A DNA stretch of 64,000 nt from Ginglymostoma cirratum (lineage: Eukaryota), in assembly GCA_024137785.1 (NCBI GenBank), contig JAHRHZ010000058.1, positions 17,562,599-17,626,598 on the forward strand. Direction: 5' to 3'. Within the stretch, counting starts at the first letter, position 1. Each line of letters starts with the position of its first letter. The notes beneath the pieces were generated by a model, which made no database searches, was not told the DNA's origin, and saw only the letters and a list, made by a program, of their open reading frames with translations. The position numbers and the translations under genes are program-made. Below are positions 38,978 to 51,742 of the stretch, in pieces.

Positions 38978-39184
38978 TTCCACCAAGTTTTGTGAAGCCG
39001 ATACATGTTCATGATACAAAGGGTGGTGCACTGGAAGGAAGCAGAAGTGTTGACTTTAAGGATGTAGCCATGAACAACCCCATCTCCCTGTACTGTGAGA
39101 CCAATGCCGTTCCACCGCCATCTCTCACTTGGTATAAAGATGGAAAATTGTTGACATCCAATGACAAGGTGTTGATTCTGCCAG
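38978..39184 (+). CDS. HMCN1: HMCN1 exon (Ig N-half with extended loop), phase 1-1
   Basis: atttag|TTCCACCA...CTGCCAG|gtatga; VPPSFVKPIHVHDTKGGALEGSRSVDFKDVAMNNPISLYCETNAVPPPSLTWYKDGKLLTSNDKVLILP; 207 nt. Confidence 0.95.
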
Positions 39185-39479
39185 GTATGAACAAGTTTTG
39201 CTGCCACAGATGAAACGTAATTGTTTGTCATGGGAAGTGACTAACAGCTACAGTTATTTCAACTCTGCAGGGTTACCTCTTGTACAATAGATTATTGGGT
39301 TATGCTTTATCCATGCTGGAAGTTGATTTTGTTTTGACATCCAGTGACATAATTATTGCTTTAACCTCATAGTTGAATGAGTAGATGCAGGAAGATTAGC
39401 TGGAGTAGCAAAATCAAAAATAAGAGAAAATGCTATAGAAAGGACATGAAGATTTGCTTGGTGATGCAATCACTTACAT

Positions 39480-39790
39480 TCATCTGAGCTGGCAGACAGA
39501 GCCTCAGCTGAGTTGTCTTCCAAAAGATAGTTCCTCTGACTATGCAGCATTCCATCTGTACTGAAATGATTTTTGTGCTTGAGTCCTAGAGTAGGTCTTG
39601 AATGTAGGTCTTCCGGCTCAGAGGAGAAAGTGCTACCAGTAGAGCCATGGCCAATGTAAAAAGAAGATAATGAAAGAAATAAGAAAGATTTGTATATACA
39701 TTGGCTCCTTTTATAACCTCAATGCACATGAAAGTGCTTTGCAGTTAATGAAGTATTTTTGATACGTAAGTTACTGCTGTAACAAACTAG
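39480..39790 (-). mobile_element. Deu-SINE (SacSINE1-like) fragments
   Basis: Reverse complement gives tRNA-like head gccatggctctactggtagcactttctcctctgagcc...; tail piece at 39680-39790. Confidence 0.55.
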
Positions 39791-39796
39791 CATAGT

Positions 39797-40143
39797 GGTA
39801 CGGTGGCTCACTGGTTAGCACTGCTGCCTCACAGCACCAGGGACCTGGTTCAATTCCAACTTCAGCGACTGTCTGCGTGGAGTTTGCTTATTTTCCCCGT
39901 GTCTGCACAGATTTCCACTGGGTGCTCCAGTTTCCTCTCATTGTCCAAAGATGTGCATGTTAGGTGGATTAGCCATGCTAAATTGCCCATAGTGGCCAGG
40001 AATGCACAGGCTAAGTGGATTAGCCATGGGAAATGCGGGTTACAGAGACAAGTTAGGGGGATGAGTTTGGAAGGGATGCAGTTCAGAGGATTGGTGGGCC
40101 AAATGGCCTGTTTCCATCCTGTAGGGATTCTACTTTGCTATGA
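39797..40143 (+). mobile_element. V-SINE (HE1-like)
   Basis: cggtggctcactggttagcactgctgcctcacagcaccagggacctggttcaattcc...gtagggattcta. Confidence 0.85.
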
Positions 40144-41167
40144 AAAGATCAATAATTAAAAGAACAAATGATTTTTATTACAGGATGTATATTTGTTAGC
40201 TCACTAAGTTGAAAGACCTATAAAATCTAATTAATTAATCTATAATAGGCATTCCTTAAAGGATATAATCTCAAAGAATGAAACAACATGTAAATATAAA
40301 TATCTGAGATAGTAAAAAAGTTAGAAGCCTGCACAACTAAAAATTTTTTTTTACAAACTGGGAAAGGAAAGAAGTTGCATGTATGGAAGGCCTGAAATGA
40401 AGAGAGACAAATGCTGAAATGCAGGAGTAAGTTTGTTGATCTGGAGAAAGAATAAGCAAGCAAACCACTGGGAGACCATATTCACAAGTGCTTAAGGCTG
40501 AGTTCTGCCAAGCACATTTTCCTTCTCTGCTTTCTGTATACAATACTCCCTACTTTTTCCACACTGTTATCCCCAACTTTCTTGCATCAATCCAGGCCAT
40601 CATTTCATTAGGAAATTCATAGGGTCTGCTCATCTGTCAGTTGAGAGTTCATCCAGTGACAGTGCAATACTTCCTCCCATCAGTTCAGCTGGTTGCATTG
40701 TGATAGTCTGAAGATTACAGATAAATATGATGACATAATTTAGATACTTTATGCCATAACACACTGGATATGAGGGGTTTACAATAATGTTATTGGTCTC
40801 CACATTGATAAAGTAGCGAGTGATTCCTGAGGAAAGCAGCCTATCACTGCTGAATCCAGCTAACTTGCCTCCTGAATTCTGTTTTATTTCAGACCCTATT
40901 TGGGCTAATTTCCCAAATACAACACCCAAACAGTAACCTTAAATGAATCGGGGGCGTGGGGCGTGGGACATTAACAACTAAATATCATGAATGTACTCCA
41001 GAATCCTCAAAATATGAGCAGGAGATCCAGAAGTATTTATACAACATGAGTTGATGCCCCAGTTATAACACACAAATTCCTTTTAGGGTTCCTGGATTAG
41101 ATTACAAACAATATGTTCTTAAAGTCTAAGCATCCAATTATATTAATTTGCATTCATTATGTATTAG

Positions 41168-41281
41168 GAGGGCGTGTGTTACAAATACCCAGAGCACAAA
41201 TAGAGGATGCTGGGAGGTATACATGTGTGGCTACAAATGAAGCAGGCGAGGATTCTATTCAGTATGAACTGAGAGTTATGA
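41168..41281 (+). CDS. HMCN1: HMCN1 exon (Ig C-half), phase 1-1
   Basis: tattag|GAGGGCGT...GTTATGA|gtgagt; [38 protein letters not shown]; 114 nt. Confidence 0.95.
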
Positions 41282-41732
41282 GTGAGTATCAAAGGCTCAA
41301 CCAGGTAATGGATTTTGTTGCACAATAATGCTGAAGTTTATTAATTACAGATCTTAAAAAGTTATTGAATCTCTGCTTTTCGATCACTCCCCGCCCAAAA
41401 ACCACAATTTAAAAATCAACAACCCCAATTCTGTGCCTGAGTAAATTGTACTTTGCAATGTATTAAACAAAGCTTATTGATACCAACCAGAATGCTACTC
41501 TTCTCCTTATCATTAAAAATTCAAACTGCATGCCCGGAATTTGGTTAGCCCTGCTTTTCTCCCATTATTGTATCAACTGAACTGCTGCCTAATGAACTGA
41601 CAGCAACTCGTTTATTATGCAAAGCATGACAAAGTGGTGATTTTTCATTGCTGTAGTTTGGTATTACTAACAAAAAAAGTTCAAAAAGATATTGCTAAGA
41701 AATTGCTCACATTCTTGTACTTTTCCACCTAG

Positions 41733-41920
41733 CTCCTCCGACCATTAAAGGAGCTGATAGTGATTTACCAGAAGAAGTTATTGTGCTGATAAACAAGACT
41801 ACAATATTGGACTGTATGGTTAGTGGAACTCCCACTCCCAAAATCTCCTGGTTAAAGGATGGCCAGCCATTGAAAGCAGACAACACCCATAAAGTCCTGT
41901 CCAATGGACGAACCCTGCAG
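41733..41920 (+). CDS. HMCN1: HMCN1 exon (Ig N-part), phase 1-0
   Basis: acctag|CTCCTCCG...CTGCAG|gtgtgg; TPPTIKGADSDLPEEVIVLINKTTILDCMVSGTPTPKISWLKDGQPLKADNTHKVLSNGRTLQ; 188 nt. Confidence 0.94.
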
Positions 41921-42846
41921 GTGTGGACCCCAAGATTATCAATGCTTATGTTTATAGAGTCTTTGTTAATGCTTATGTTTATTATTTTTAATTATCAAGA
42001 GTTCAGTTAACATTTTTCCTATCAAAATATTTCACTATGTTTTAAGTACTTTGCAAAACCAGCCTATTAAAGAGATTGTATCAGCTCATAGAGTATTTTT
42101 AACATGTTCAGTTACTTGGTCTGTTAGCAACTGACAGATGGTAAGTCTGAACTGCTTAAAACAGTGCCACATATAATGTCAGTGAATGTTTGAATCTAAA
42201 GATAATCTGAAGTTACTTTTCACCACATGAAAGATGACCACTTGAAGTCAATACAAGAACATTTCATAATCATGATTTTGCCAACTCTGTTACTGAAAGT
42301 CAACCAGTTTAAAGTAGTAGATGTGAGTCTGATGATAAGGCAATAAAATGGATTATAATATTTGTTTGTAAAGGCGTACAGCATTAGTCTGAATTATTTT
42401 ATATTCCTTTGTGAGGAACTGATTCTTACAGGTCAGCATGGAGCAATTCTGCTGGCTTGACCTCTTCAAACTTGGAGCAACAGTAGAGTTTCACATTTGG
42501 ACTATGTCTCCCTAGGCTCGGAAAAATAAGCCAAGTTTATGGAAAGGGAGTGGATGCCAGGCCATAGATAGAACAGACTTAGCCAAAGTGTGATCAATTT
42601 GTTCACTGCCCACAGTGCCTTGTAAAGTTTCTTTAGTATGAGCCAATTGTTTCCCATCAGGAAGGGGAAACATGAAGGAGAAAAATGTTAGAAAGTATCA
42701 AATATCACATACAAATTGCTGAAATTTACTTTATATTTCAGGGAATAACATTAACTTGTAAACCAAAACAGTGTTTAAATTGTGTGACAGGACATTCCTG
42801 AGTCATTGTAAAAGTTATTAAGATTCAACTGTTAATTTCCCAACAG

Positions 42847-42943
42847 ATTCTCAATGCTCAAATTTCAGATACAGGCAGATATGTTTGTGTTGCAGAAAAT
42901 ATAGCTGGAAACACAGAAAAATATTTCAACTTGAATGTCCATG
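42847..42943 (+). CDS. HMCN1: HMCN1 exon (Ig C-part), phase 0-1
   Basis: caacag|ATTCTCAA...GTCCATG|gtgagt; ILNAQISDTGRYVCVAENIAGNTEKYFNLNVH; 97 nt. Confidence 0.95.
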
Positions 42944-43169
42944 GTGAGTGACAACAGTTTTATGCAACATATTAGGAAAATAATAAAGTCCAAGAAATAC
43001 ACTTTGAAAATGTTCTATAATGCAATGGCTTGAACACTATACAAAACAACAAAAGAAGAAAATACTAAATTTGCCCTGACTGAATGTCATATTCCGATCT
43101 TACATGTATTATTTATTGTTGTCGTGGGGAAAAATATTTTTCAAGAAAAATAAATGTTGTGTTTTACAG

Positions 43170-43331
43170 TGCCTCCCATTATTATGGGCACCAACCCAGA
43201 GAATATAACTGTTGTTATAAACAACTTCATATCTTTGATGTGTGAAGCCACAGCGTTTCCACCACCCAGTCTTAGTTGGCTTAAGGATGGGAAACCTCTG
43301 CAGTCCAACACCAACATTATTATTTTGCCAG
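43170..43331 (+). CDS. HMCN1: HMCN1 exon (Ig N-half), phase 1-1
   Basis: ttacag|TGCCTCCC...TTGCCAG|gtaaga; VPPIIMGTNPENITVVINNFISLMCEATAFPPPSLSWLKDGKPLQSNTNIIILP; 162 nt. Confidence 0.95.
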
Positions 43332-44219
43332 GTAAGAAACAGGTTCATTTTGTAGTTTATCTCAAATCTTCACTTGAGAGACACGATTAATCCTGATGGG
43401 TGAGTACCAGAAAAGTGCACTCACTGATGTTTTGTTGTCTACCACTCAAAACAATATACTACATGTTCTTGAAAATTCGGTTCACTTCATCTTTATGCTG
43501 GATTTTCTGTTGCTGCTTGAGTGAGAATGGACGTGAGGAATTTAAGTGGTGTCTCCAGAACAGAGTGGGATTTTCAATCTGTTTTCCAGAGAAGGCTGAA
43601 ATATCTAGTGCATGTTCATGCATACACCTGTAAGGATTACCACAGAGAAAAAGGAGCCTTGTTTCTACTTGTGTTTTTTTGCTAAGTTGGAGGAATCAAT
43701 TCATGTCTGCTGGGAACAGCTTAGCTCAGTTTGACATTGGAGGTCACTTTTTGTTGTCTTTATCTCTCTGGTCGTCTGTCTGCTTTCCACAGCCAAGCAG
43801 CAACAGTTCCCAACATGGCAACTGCTTGGTTTTTCACCTGGTACCAGCCATGCATTTTTCTGCCCCCTGAAGGCACTCAATACTTCTAATTGGGCACTGA
43901 GTTCAGCTGCTGCAAAAACGATGCTGTTCAAGTGTGGAGTCAGAACCTGGATTTTATCTCAATGTCAGGCTCCTGACTTTGCTTTGAAAAACCAGCCTTT
44001 TGATATCTGTATAAACTCAGCCCCACTTAAAAATTGTAAAATGCACACACTTATTCTTCAGGATCAGGTCAGTGTTGTCTGCTTGAAACTTGGGAGCTCA
44101 CTTACTTATCAGGTTAATAAATTTAAAACGTAATCTATAAGGTACATCATTACTCATATCTAACAGTTTTGATGGATGTTGCAAAACTTAGAATGACTTC
44201 CATTCTATTTTAATTTCAC

Positions 44220-45620
44220 TCTTGGCATGTGGGTATCTCTGGCTGAGCCAGCATTTATTGTCTGTCTTAGATGCCCTTGATCGGATGATGGCAAGCTGTC
44301 ATTTTGAGGTACTGCAATCTATTTGATTTGATTTAGTGACAATGATGCCATCATAGAAGAAATGCCATGATTTTGACACACCAGCAGTGTTTTCAAGTCA
44401 GGATGGTAAAGGGTTTGGAGAGTAAGTTGCCCCCAAATGGTAGTGTTCCTGTGTATCTACACCCTTTTCTTCCAGATGGTAATGGTCCTGGATTTGGAAG
44501 GAGTTATCTAAGGACGCTTGTAGAACTTCTGCGATGCCTCTTGTAGATACTACTGAGCAGTGGTGCCAGTCAAGAGAGCTGCTTTGTCCTGAATGGTATA
44601 AAGTTTCTTGAGTATTATCAAAGCTGCACTTACCAAGGCAAATGGAAAGTATTCCAGCACACCCCTGTCTTGTGCCTCATAGATGGTGGTGAGTTGACTA
44701 CAGGCTTGACTTCTTGTGCACTTGTTGACACAGTATTTATATGCTAGACCAGTTCAGTTTCTGGTCAATAGTAGCCCCCAGCATATTGATAGTGGGGGTT
44801 TTGGTAATGAAGGAGGGAAGATCCTTGATGAAGCAGCTGAAGATGATTGGGCCTCAGACATTTCTCTGAAGAACTCCTGTAGAGTCCTGGAGCTGAGATG
44901 ACAATTTCAGTAACCACTATCAGCTTCCTTTGTGACAGATAAGAATCCAACCTGTGAGTAGTTTCCCCCCTTGCCCATTGAATTTAGTTTTGATAGAGGT
45001 CCTTGAGGCCATATGGATAAATACAGCCTTGATGAGGAAGCACAGTCACTCTCACCCTATCTCTAGAATTCAATACTTTACAGACTTGGCACAAATGTGG
45101 ACTATTGAGGTTAAGATTTGATTGGCCTGGGCAGAACCCAAACAAGTCTCAGTGAGCAGATTATTGGAAACAAAGTGTTGTTTCATAACATTGTTGATGA
45201 CACCTTATATCACTGTTGATGATTGAGAGGAGACTGACGGGGTGGTAATTGCCCACGTTGGATGTATTCTGCTTTTTGTGTACAGGACATTCCTAGGTAA
45301 TTTTCCACAGTGTCAGATAAATGCCACTGTTGTACCTCAACTGGAACAGCTTGGCTAGGGTCTTGGCAAGTTCTGGAGCAGACATCTTTCAGTACTACTG
45401 CCATAATGCTGTCAGGGCCCTTTGCAATATCCACTGCTCCTAGATATTGTTTGTCATACTGTGGACTGAGTGGAATTGGCTGAAGACTGGCACTTATGAT
45501 GCAAGGAACCGCTGGAGGAAGCTGAGATGGATCATCCACATGGCACTTCCGGCTGAAGATTGTTGTGAATGCTTCAGCCTTATCTTTTGCACTGGAGTGC
45601 TGGAGTTAGCTATCATTGAG
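44220..45620 (-). mobile_element. LINE (second family) RT/3' fragment
   Basis: Reverse-strand RT remnants (KGPDSIMAVVLK; SYLSQRKLIVV) and the same 3' tail as 37430. Confidence 0.75.
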
Positions 45621-46068
45621 GAGGGTGCCAGGATCTCCATTTCCCTTCAGCTAGCACTTCCTATTCTTTTTCCCTTTATATTGCCAACCCTCACTGGGAA
45701 AAGTTCATGAACACGGTTGATTGCCTAAGCTATTCTGTCTATATTTTGCATGGAAATGCCTGTCTTCTTTGTTTAACTAGAGTGGGAGGAAGACTCCCCT
45801 TACATTTGTTACCCAGTTAATTGATTGCAAAAGTCATTATTTAAAGATGATCCAGTAAATATTGCCATATATTCAGTGTAAGCAGCTTGACTGGGAGAGG
45901 ATAAACTATGTTTTGCTGCTCTCTGCTCAGAAGCAAAATCCAGTCCCTATAAATAAAAGTTATATTGTGTTCCAAAATGAAGAATATACATTGATAAGAA
46001 ACTGAAGGGAGCAAGTGGAAAAGAAGCAATAGCAGATAAAAGGATACAGAACAAAACAGTAAACAAAA

Positions 46069-46160
46069 TTACAGGGTAGTAGGGTGGGTCTGGGTGGGGT
46101 GCTCTTTGGAAGGTCGGTGTGGACTTGGTGGACTGAATAGCCTGCTTGCACACTGTGGAA
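46069..46160 (+). mobile_element. V-SINE/HER1 3' tail fragment
   Basis: gggtgggtctgggtggggtgctctttggaaggtcggtgtggacttggtggactgaatagcctg matches the tails of the full copies. Confidence 0.7.
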
Positions 46161-48104
46161 ATGAAATGTTACTGGTGGAGATTATAGTCTGATTATGTTG
46201 TTTCATGAAAACTATGATCTGGATTTTATGGGATGACAGCCAGGCTCCCTGCCTTTGCTCAGCTAAAATGTCAGTGAGGAGACAGACAGACAGACAGACA
46301 CTGCCCATGGGAAGAATGGCTGTCCACTATCATTTAACACAATTGGATGCTAATGGGCTAGAGGTAGGATTTCCACTCCTCAGGGACAGAAGTCCTACCT
46401 CAGAATAAATAGACAGCCAATCTGTAGTGCCAGAAGCACCCTGCAGGAGTTGAAGCTAATGCAGGGATTAAGACAATCTCCATTAAGGCACATTGTCTAA
46501 GGAGCTGGATACCGAGATAAGCAGCATGGTGAGGTTGGTCTCGTTGAGTTTACCCTCGCAGGCTTCAGTAAAGAGGGTGGTGAGCGTGGGTATGAGAGGC
46601 TGACATAGGCAGTGGTCAAAAGAAGAATGGGGTCGGGGTACTTACAATGGGCACACAGAAGCTACAAAGGAGGGCCCTTGCCCCAACCATGTCTTGCCCC
46701 AACCTTCCATAAGCTGAGCTCTGCCAGCTAAAATTACTGCACTGTCAGTTTGGTGTGCCCCTCCATACCCCAAACACTGTGGGGTAAAGTACTGTTAAAT
46801 ATGGGATGAAGCTTGTGAGTCACCACCACTTAAGAGAAGGCCAAAGATTGAACTGTATGAATCACTACCTTCTACAGTGAAGCAACATAAAATCCAGCTA
46901 ATATTAAGTTGGATGAGGCTGTGGTATGGAGCAGATTACTGCTAAAAATCAACTAAAGTGGACATAGACTATCCCGTGTCATTGATCTTAAAATACCTTT
47001 GCTATTCTGGCAGCTACATTATAGAATTCCTGCCAGCTTTGTCTCATTCCTATGAATTTTCACAGCTGTGTTTCTGTATTCAGTAGCAGAGGGTAAACCA
47101 ACTGTAATCACAATACCGTACCACATAGCTCATGCTGGACTGATAGTAGCAAGTTTGGATTCAACAAAGTGGTTCAAAGCCAAATCACCTCTCTTCAAAT
47201 GAGACTAATCAATTGCGTGTTTTGGTCACAAATGGGAATTTTAGATCTAATGTTGTTGTGGTGCTATTTGTCTCATAAGTTTGCAGTTGAGTTTGTCCTC
47301 CTGGTAGCAGTGGTCCAGAGCAAAAGACAGAACTTCCACGCTCCACTTTGGCCTAGTTTCCAATTCCTGTGTATAGTAGGTTCCCAATAGATTTGCAAGC
47401 ATCATTGCATTCCAGCTTGTGTTGGCTGCTGGAAATTATACATAGCTAGAATTGAGATTTCTTTCCACTAGACTTATTTCCATTTCTGGTGTTACATTAA
47501 ATCCCTCACTAGGCAGTGTCAGAGTGACAGTGATTAGTTGCAGACCATCCACTTATTTATTTCAGTGGAGAGGGGAACAGAAGGTAGAATGGAAATGTAA
47601 TGGACAAATGTCAGCCTTCTCCGGCAGCATCATTATATTTTTTAAAAATGGCTTGACTTGCCGACTTTTCCATCCATCACTTGAGAGTAACACATGGAAT
47701 TCATTCACATCTGAACATTTATAAAGTAATGTCAGATTTTTAAAGACAGATTTAACTTATTTTGCTTTAAAATGGTTATTATTATAGGGTTTTTATTTAC
47801 GTTCTGCTTGTACATAAAAAGAACTCTGATCTCAGATACTTTCATTAAAGTGGAGGTCAAATATAGCTAGGCACTTTCAAAAGTCTGAAAATAACACATG
47901 TTGCTTGGAAAGAGGAAATGTTTGAAGGACAAAGTTTTAAAAAATACCAGTGCAACTTGTATTTCCACTCATTTTACGATCAAAATAAAATGTAAGATCA
48001 GCAGGTGAGATGAAATCGAGATCAGAGTATAAAAATAAAAGAAATGAGAACATACCATTCGGCTCATCTAACCAATATCCTTCATATTATGTAATCCATT
48101 CTAT

Positions 48105-48311
48105 AGCAGCACCTGTGAAGAAAAAAATCAGAGTTAACGTTTCAGGTCCGGTGACCACTCCTCAGAACTGTTTTGAAAAAGGGTCACCAGACGCAAAGTG
48201 TTAACTCTGATTTTTTTTCTTCATAGATGCTGCCAGACCTGCTGAGCTTTTTCCAGCAACTTGTTTTTGTTCCTGATTTGTGGCATTCGCAGTTCTTTCG
48301 GTTTTTATTTA
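48105..48311. mobile_element. Palindromic mini-PLE (same subfamily as 7470-7715, opposite orientation)
   Basis: Arms gaagaaaaaaatcagagttaac / gttaactctgattttttttcttc. Perfect 14-bp TSD GTAATCCATTCTAT (48091-48104, 48312-48325). Confidence 0.88.
48132..48169 (-). ncRNA. Minimal hammerhead ribozyme, second subfamily
   Basis: Reverse complement agtt-CTGAGGA-gt-GGTC(ACCG)GACC-t-GAAA-c-GTT^aact; perfect stem I AGUU/AACU. Confidence 0.7.
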
Positions 48312-48780
48312 GTAATCCATTCTATCTTCATTGGTCCCATTCTCCACTCTCCAAGAAAAATTCTCCAATATTTTCAATATTAAAATAAACCAACTTGGGT
48401 AATTTTATTATACATCCTGGCCAGGTTGATATATTTCCATGGTCTTCAGAACTCAAGAAACATGAAATTGATAATTTGCATAACTAATTACTCAAGTAAA
48501 GAAATTGAATATAGCAACTAATCAAAATGGAATGGCTGTAATATGACAACAATGGGTCTGAATAATGCAAACATGCTGAGTAGAGGACAGTATCAGTTTC
48601 TAAACAAATACTTTGTTGCAGAATTAACAATATTCTGCACTTTAACTTCTTAGAGTTTGTAAATAGAAGCAGACTTTGAAAATGATGTTTTGACACAACT
48701 GCAGAATTTATTCAGTGTTTTCACTTGGATTAATAGAACAATATTTTTTTGATTCTGAAATCTAGTTATCTTTCTCACAG

Positions 48781-48894
48781 GAGGGCGAACTGTCCAGTTG
48801 CCTCGGGCTAAGCAGTCAGATGGAGGAAAATATGCATGCTTAGCCATGAATCAAGCAGGAGAAGCTGAAAAGCAGATTTACCTCACTGTTTATG
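48781..48894 (+). CDS. HMCN1: HMCN1 exon (Ig C-half), phase 1-1
   Basis: tcacag|GAGGGCGA...GTTTATG|gttggt; GGRTVQLPRAKQSDGGKYACLAMNQAGEAEKQIYLTVY; 114 nt. Confidence 0.94.
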
Positions 48895-49149
48895 GTTGGT
48901 ATATATGATTTCAGAATTTAGGATATAGGGACCGAGGAGATAAAAGTTAGTGCAGCAATAATTTATAAAGTTTTCATTAGAAACATATGAAAACTGTTTC
49001 TACTGTTTTACCTCTATTTTGCAAAAATCTCTATAGGTATGTGAAGATAAAAATGATTAGTGCTCAAATGTATGTACCTTATAGTCAGAAACAGAGTAAG
49101 TTATAGTGGGAACAAAGAGACGGCAGACCAACTAAATACATGCTTTGGT

Positions 49150-51000
49150 CTGCCTTCACAAAGCAGTATGCAAATAACATCTCAAAAATGTTGGAGATCA
49201 CAGAATCTAGTGAGAGGGAGGATCTGAAGGAAATCAGTATTAGTAGGGAATTAGTGTTGGGAAACATATGGGACTAAAAACTGATAAGGACCTGATAATC
49301 TGCATCTCCAGAGTATTTAAGAAAGTGACCTTAGAAATAGATGAAGTGGTGGTCATCTTTCAAGATTCTATAGACTTGGGAACAGTTCCTATGAATTGGA
49401 GCATAGCTGATGTAACCCCCTTATTTAAAAAAAGGAGGTAGAAAGAAAACGGAGTTATGGACTGGTTAGCCTAACATCAGCAGTGGGGAAATTGCTGGAG
49501 CCCATTTTTAAAAACTTAATAGCAGAATACTTGCAAAACAGTGACAGGATTGGATAAAGTCAGCATAGATTTTGCAAATGGGAAGTCATGTTTGGCAAAT
49601 GTACTGGAACTCTGTGAGGTTGTAATGCATCGAGTTGATAAGGGGGAGCCAGTGTATGCAGTTTACTTGTACTGTCAGAATGTAAAAGGAAAGCAAATGA
49701 CGTTGGGGATAATGTACAGACATAGATTCAGAGCTAGCTGGCAAACAGGAAAGAAAGAACAGGAATAAATGGTTCTTTTTCAAGTGGTAGGCAGTGACTA
49801 GAAGAGTATCACAAGGATCTGTGCTTGAACCCCAGCTATTCACAATATATATCAATGATTTAGATAAGGGAACTAAGCGTAAAGGTAAAGTCAGCATAGG
49901 ACCAGAGAACCACAGGACTGTTCTGTCACTAGAGAGAGATGGCTGGTGGTAGTTTAACCTGAATATCATCATGTCTTGGTGACTGGCATGTTCAAGAAGG
50001 TGGGACCTTTATAGTGAACTCAGATGCAAACTAGCTGTCAAGCTGACTGACCCCCAAACTAACTATACTACCTCCACGTTTGTAGACAACACAAAGCTGG
50101 TCTGAAGGGTGAGCTGTTAGGATGATGCAGAGATACTTCAATGTGATTTGGACAAGCTGAGAGAGTGGGCAAATACATGGCTGATGAATTACAATGTAGA
50201 TAAATGTGTGGTCATCCACTTTGGTAGCAAAAACTGGGGGACAGACTATCATCTGAAATGGCAATAGTTGGGAAAAATGGGGATGCAGTGAGATCTGGTT
50301 GTCCTAGTACAACCATTGCTGAGAGTAAACATGCAGGTGCAGCAAGTGGTGAAGAAGGCAAATGGTATGTTGGCCTTCATAGCAAGATGTTTCAAGTACA
50401 GGAATGTCTTGTTGGGCTTGTACAAGGCCTCAGAGACACCACACCTGGAGAATTGTGTGTAGTTTTAGTCTCCCTATCTGAGGAAGGATGTTCTGGTAAT
50501 GAAGGGAGTGCAATGAAGACTTTCAAGACTGATTTCTGAGATAGCAGGATTAATGTAAGAAGTGGGACTGGATTGGTTAGGATCATGTTCACTGGAGTTT
50601 AGAAGAATGAGGGGTAGCAGGGGGAAATCTCAAGGAAACCCATAAAATTGTAACAGGACCAAACATGGTAGACACAGGAGAGATCTTCCCAATGACCTGG
50701 GAGTCCAGAACAAGGGGTCACAGTCTAAGGATATGTAGTAGGCCAATTAGAACTGAGATTATTAGAAATTTCTTCACTGGAAGAGTAGTGAGCCTGTGGA
50801 ATTCTCTATCACAGACAGCAATTGAGGTGAAAACATTGAATGTTTTCAAGAAGGAGCGAGATGTAGCTTTTAGAACTAAAGTGATCAAAGTGTAGCGGGA
50901 GAAAACAAGGAACAGGCTGATCAGCCACAATCATACTGAATGGGAGAGCAGAATCTATGGGCCAAAAGGCCAACTCCTGCTCCTGTTTTCTATTTCTATT
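49150..51000 (+). mobile_element. CR1-type LINE RT to 3' end (about 1.7 kb plus nested SINE)
   Basis: gatgtaacccccttatttaaaaaaaggagg (VTPLFKKG), GKSCLANV, ESRTRGHSLRI...NFFTGRVVSLWNSL, tail ggccaactcctgctcctgttttctat. Confidence 0.88.
49881..50056 (-). mobile_element. Short SINE-like insertion splitting a CR1 RT region
   Basis: Interrupts the CR1 sequence between ...aatgatttagataagggaactaa and ...tttgtagacaacacaaagctgg (FADD region). Confidence 0.55.
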
Positions 51001-51603
51001 TGCAGGAGACTATAACCCATACAAAATAACAGTTGAGAATAGAATGGATTATGTAAGATATGTATTATTATGGTATGGGATAGTTAAACATTGTGTTTCA
51101 GATCATTATTTCTGCAAACTCCTTCAGGCCAGATATATGAATAAATGAATTTGTTTTTTCACAAAATGTTATTTGGTACTGTATCATGATTTTCTGATCC
51201 ATTCCAATCAGAAACTTGCAAAGATTAGGAGTTAAAGAAATTTCAAATGGCACAGATACTTTGGCAATGTGGTCACTGAGCTTATTTAATACATTTCTAC
51301 AGGCTGACATTGAGTATCATGTGCACTTGAAAGAAGTACTGAAAGGGAAACTCTTAAATAGAAGTTCCTCCTTAAGAAATGGTTTTATTGCCTGCACCTT
51401 ATGCCACCATCTTTCTCCTGCCCCTCTCAACACCCTTACCAAACTTAAATTCAGCAGTAAAGGCACGTGGTTGGTGGGCAGCTTACTGCAATTCTGCCTG
51501 TCTGCTTGTCAACGAATCAGATATGGTTGAGGTGGTCAGGAAGGTGAAGGTCAGCAGGCTGTTTCCTAACAATTTGTTAGATAGGCAAGAAGGAAGAGGG
51601 GAA

Positions 51604-51742
51604 GAGATCACAAGCGTGGGGCTGGATGAACAGGCCCGAAACGTCAAGTTTTCCTGCTCCTATGATGCTGCTTGACCTGCTGTGTTCATCCAGCCCCATG
51701 CTTGTGATCTCGGATTCTCCAGCGTCTGCAGTACCTTTTATC
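51604..51742. mobile_element. 139-bp inverted mini-PLE, same young subfamily as 21408-23812
   Basis: Short inverted arm gagatcacaagcgtggggctggatgaaca followed by a sense tail ending gcagtaccttttatc. Perfect 14-bp TSD AAGGAAGAGGGGAA (51590-51603, 51743-51756). Confidence 0.9.

Noticed and set aside
41941-41982. 15-bp direct repeat (also a 17-bp repeat at 13102-13146)
   Set aside because: Simple local slippage duplications with only two units; not CRISPR-like and no functional evidence.
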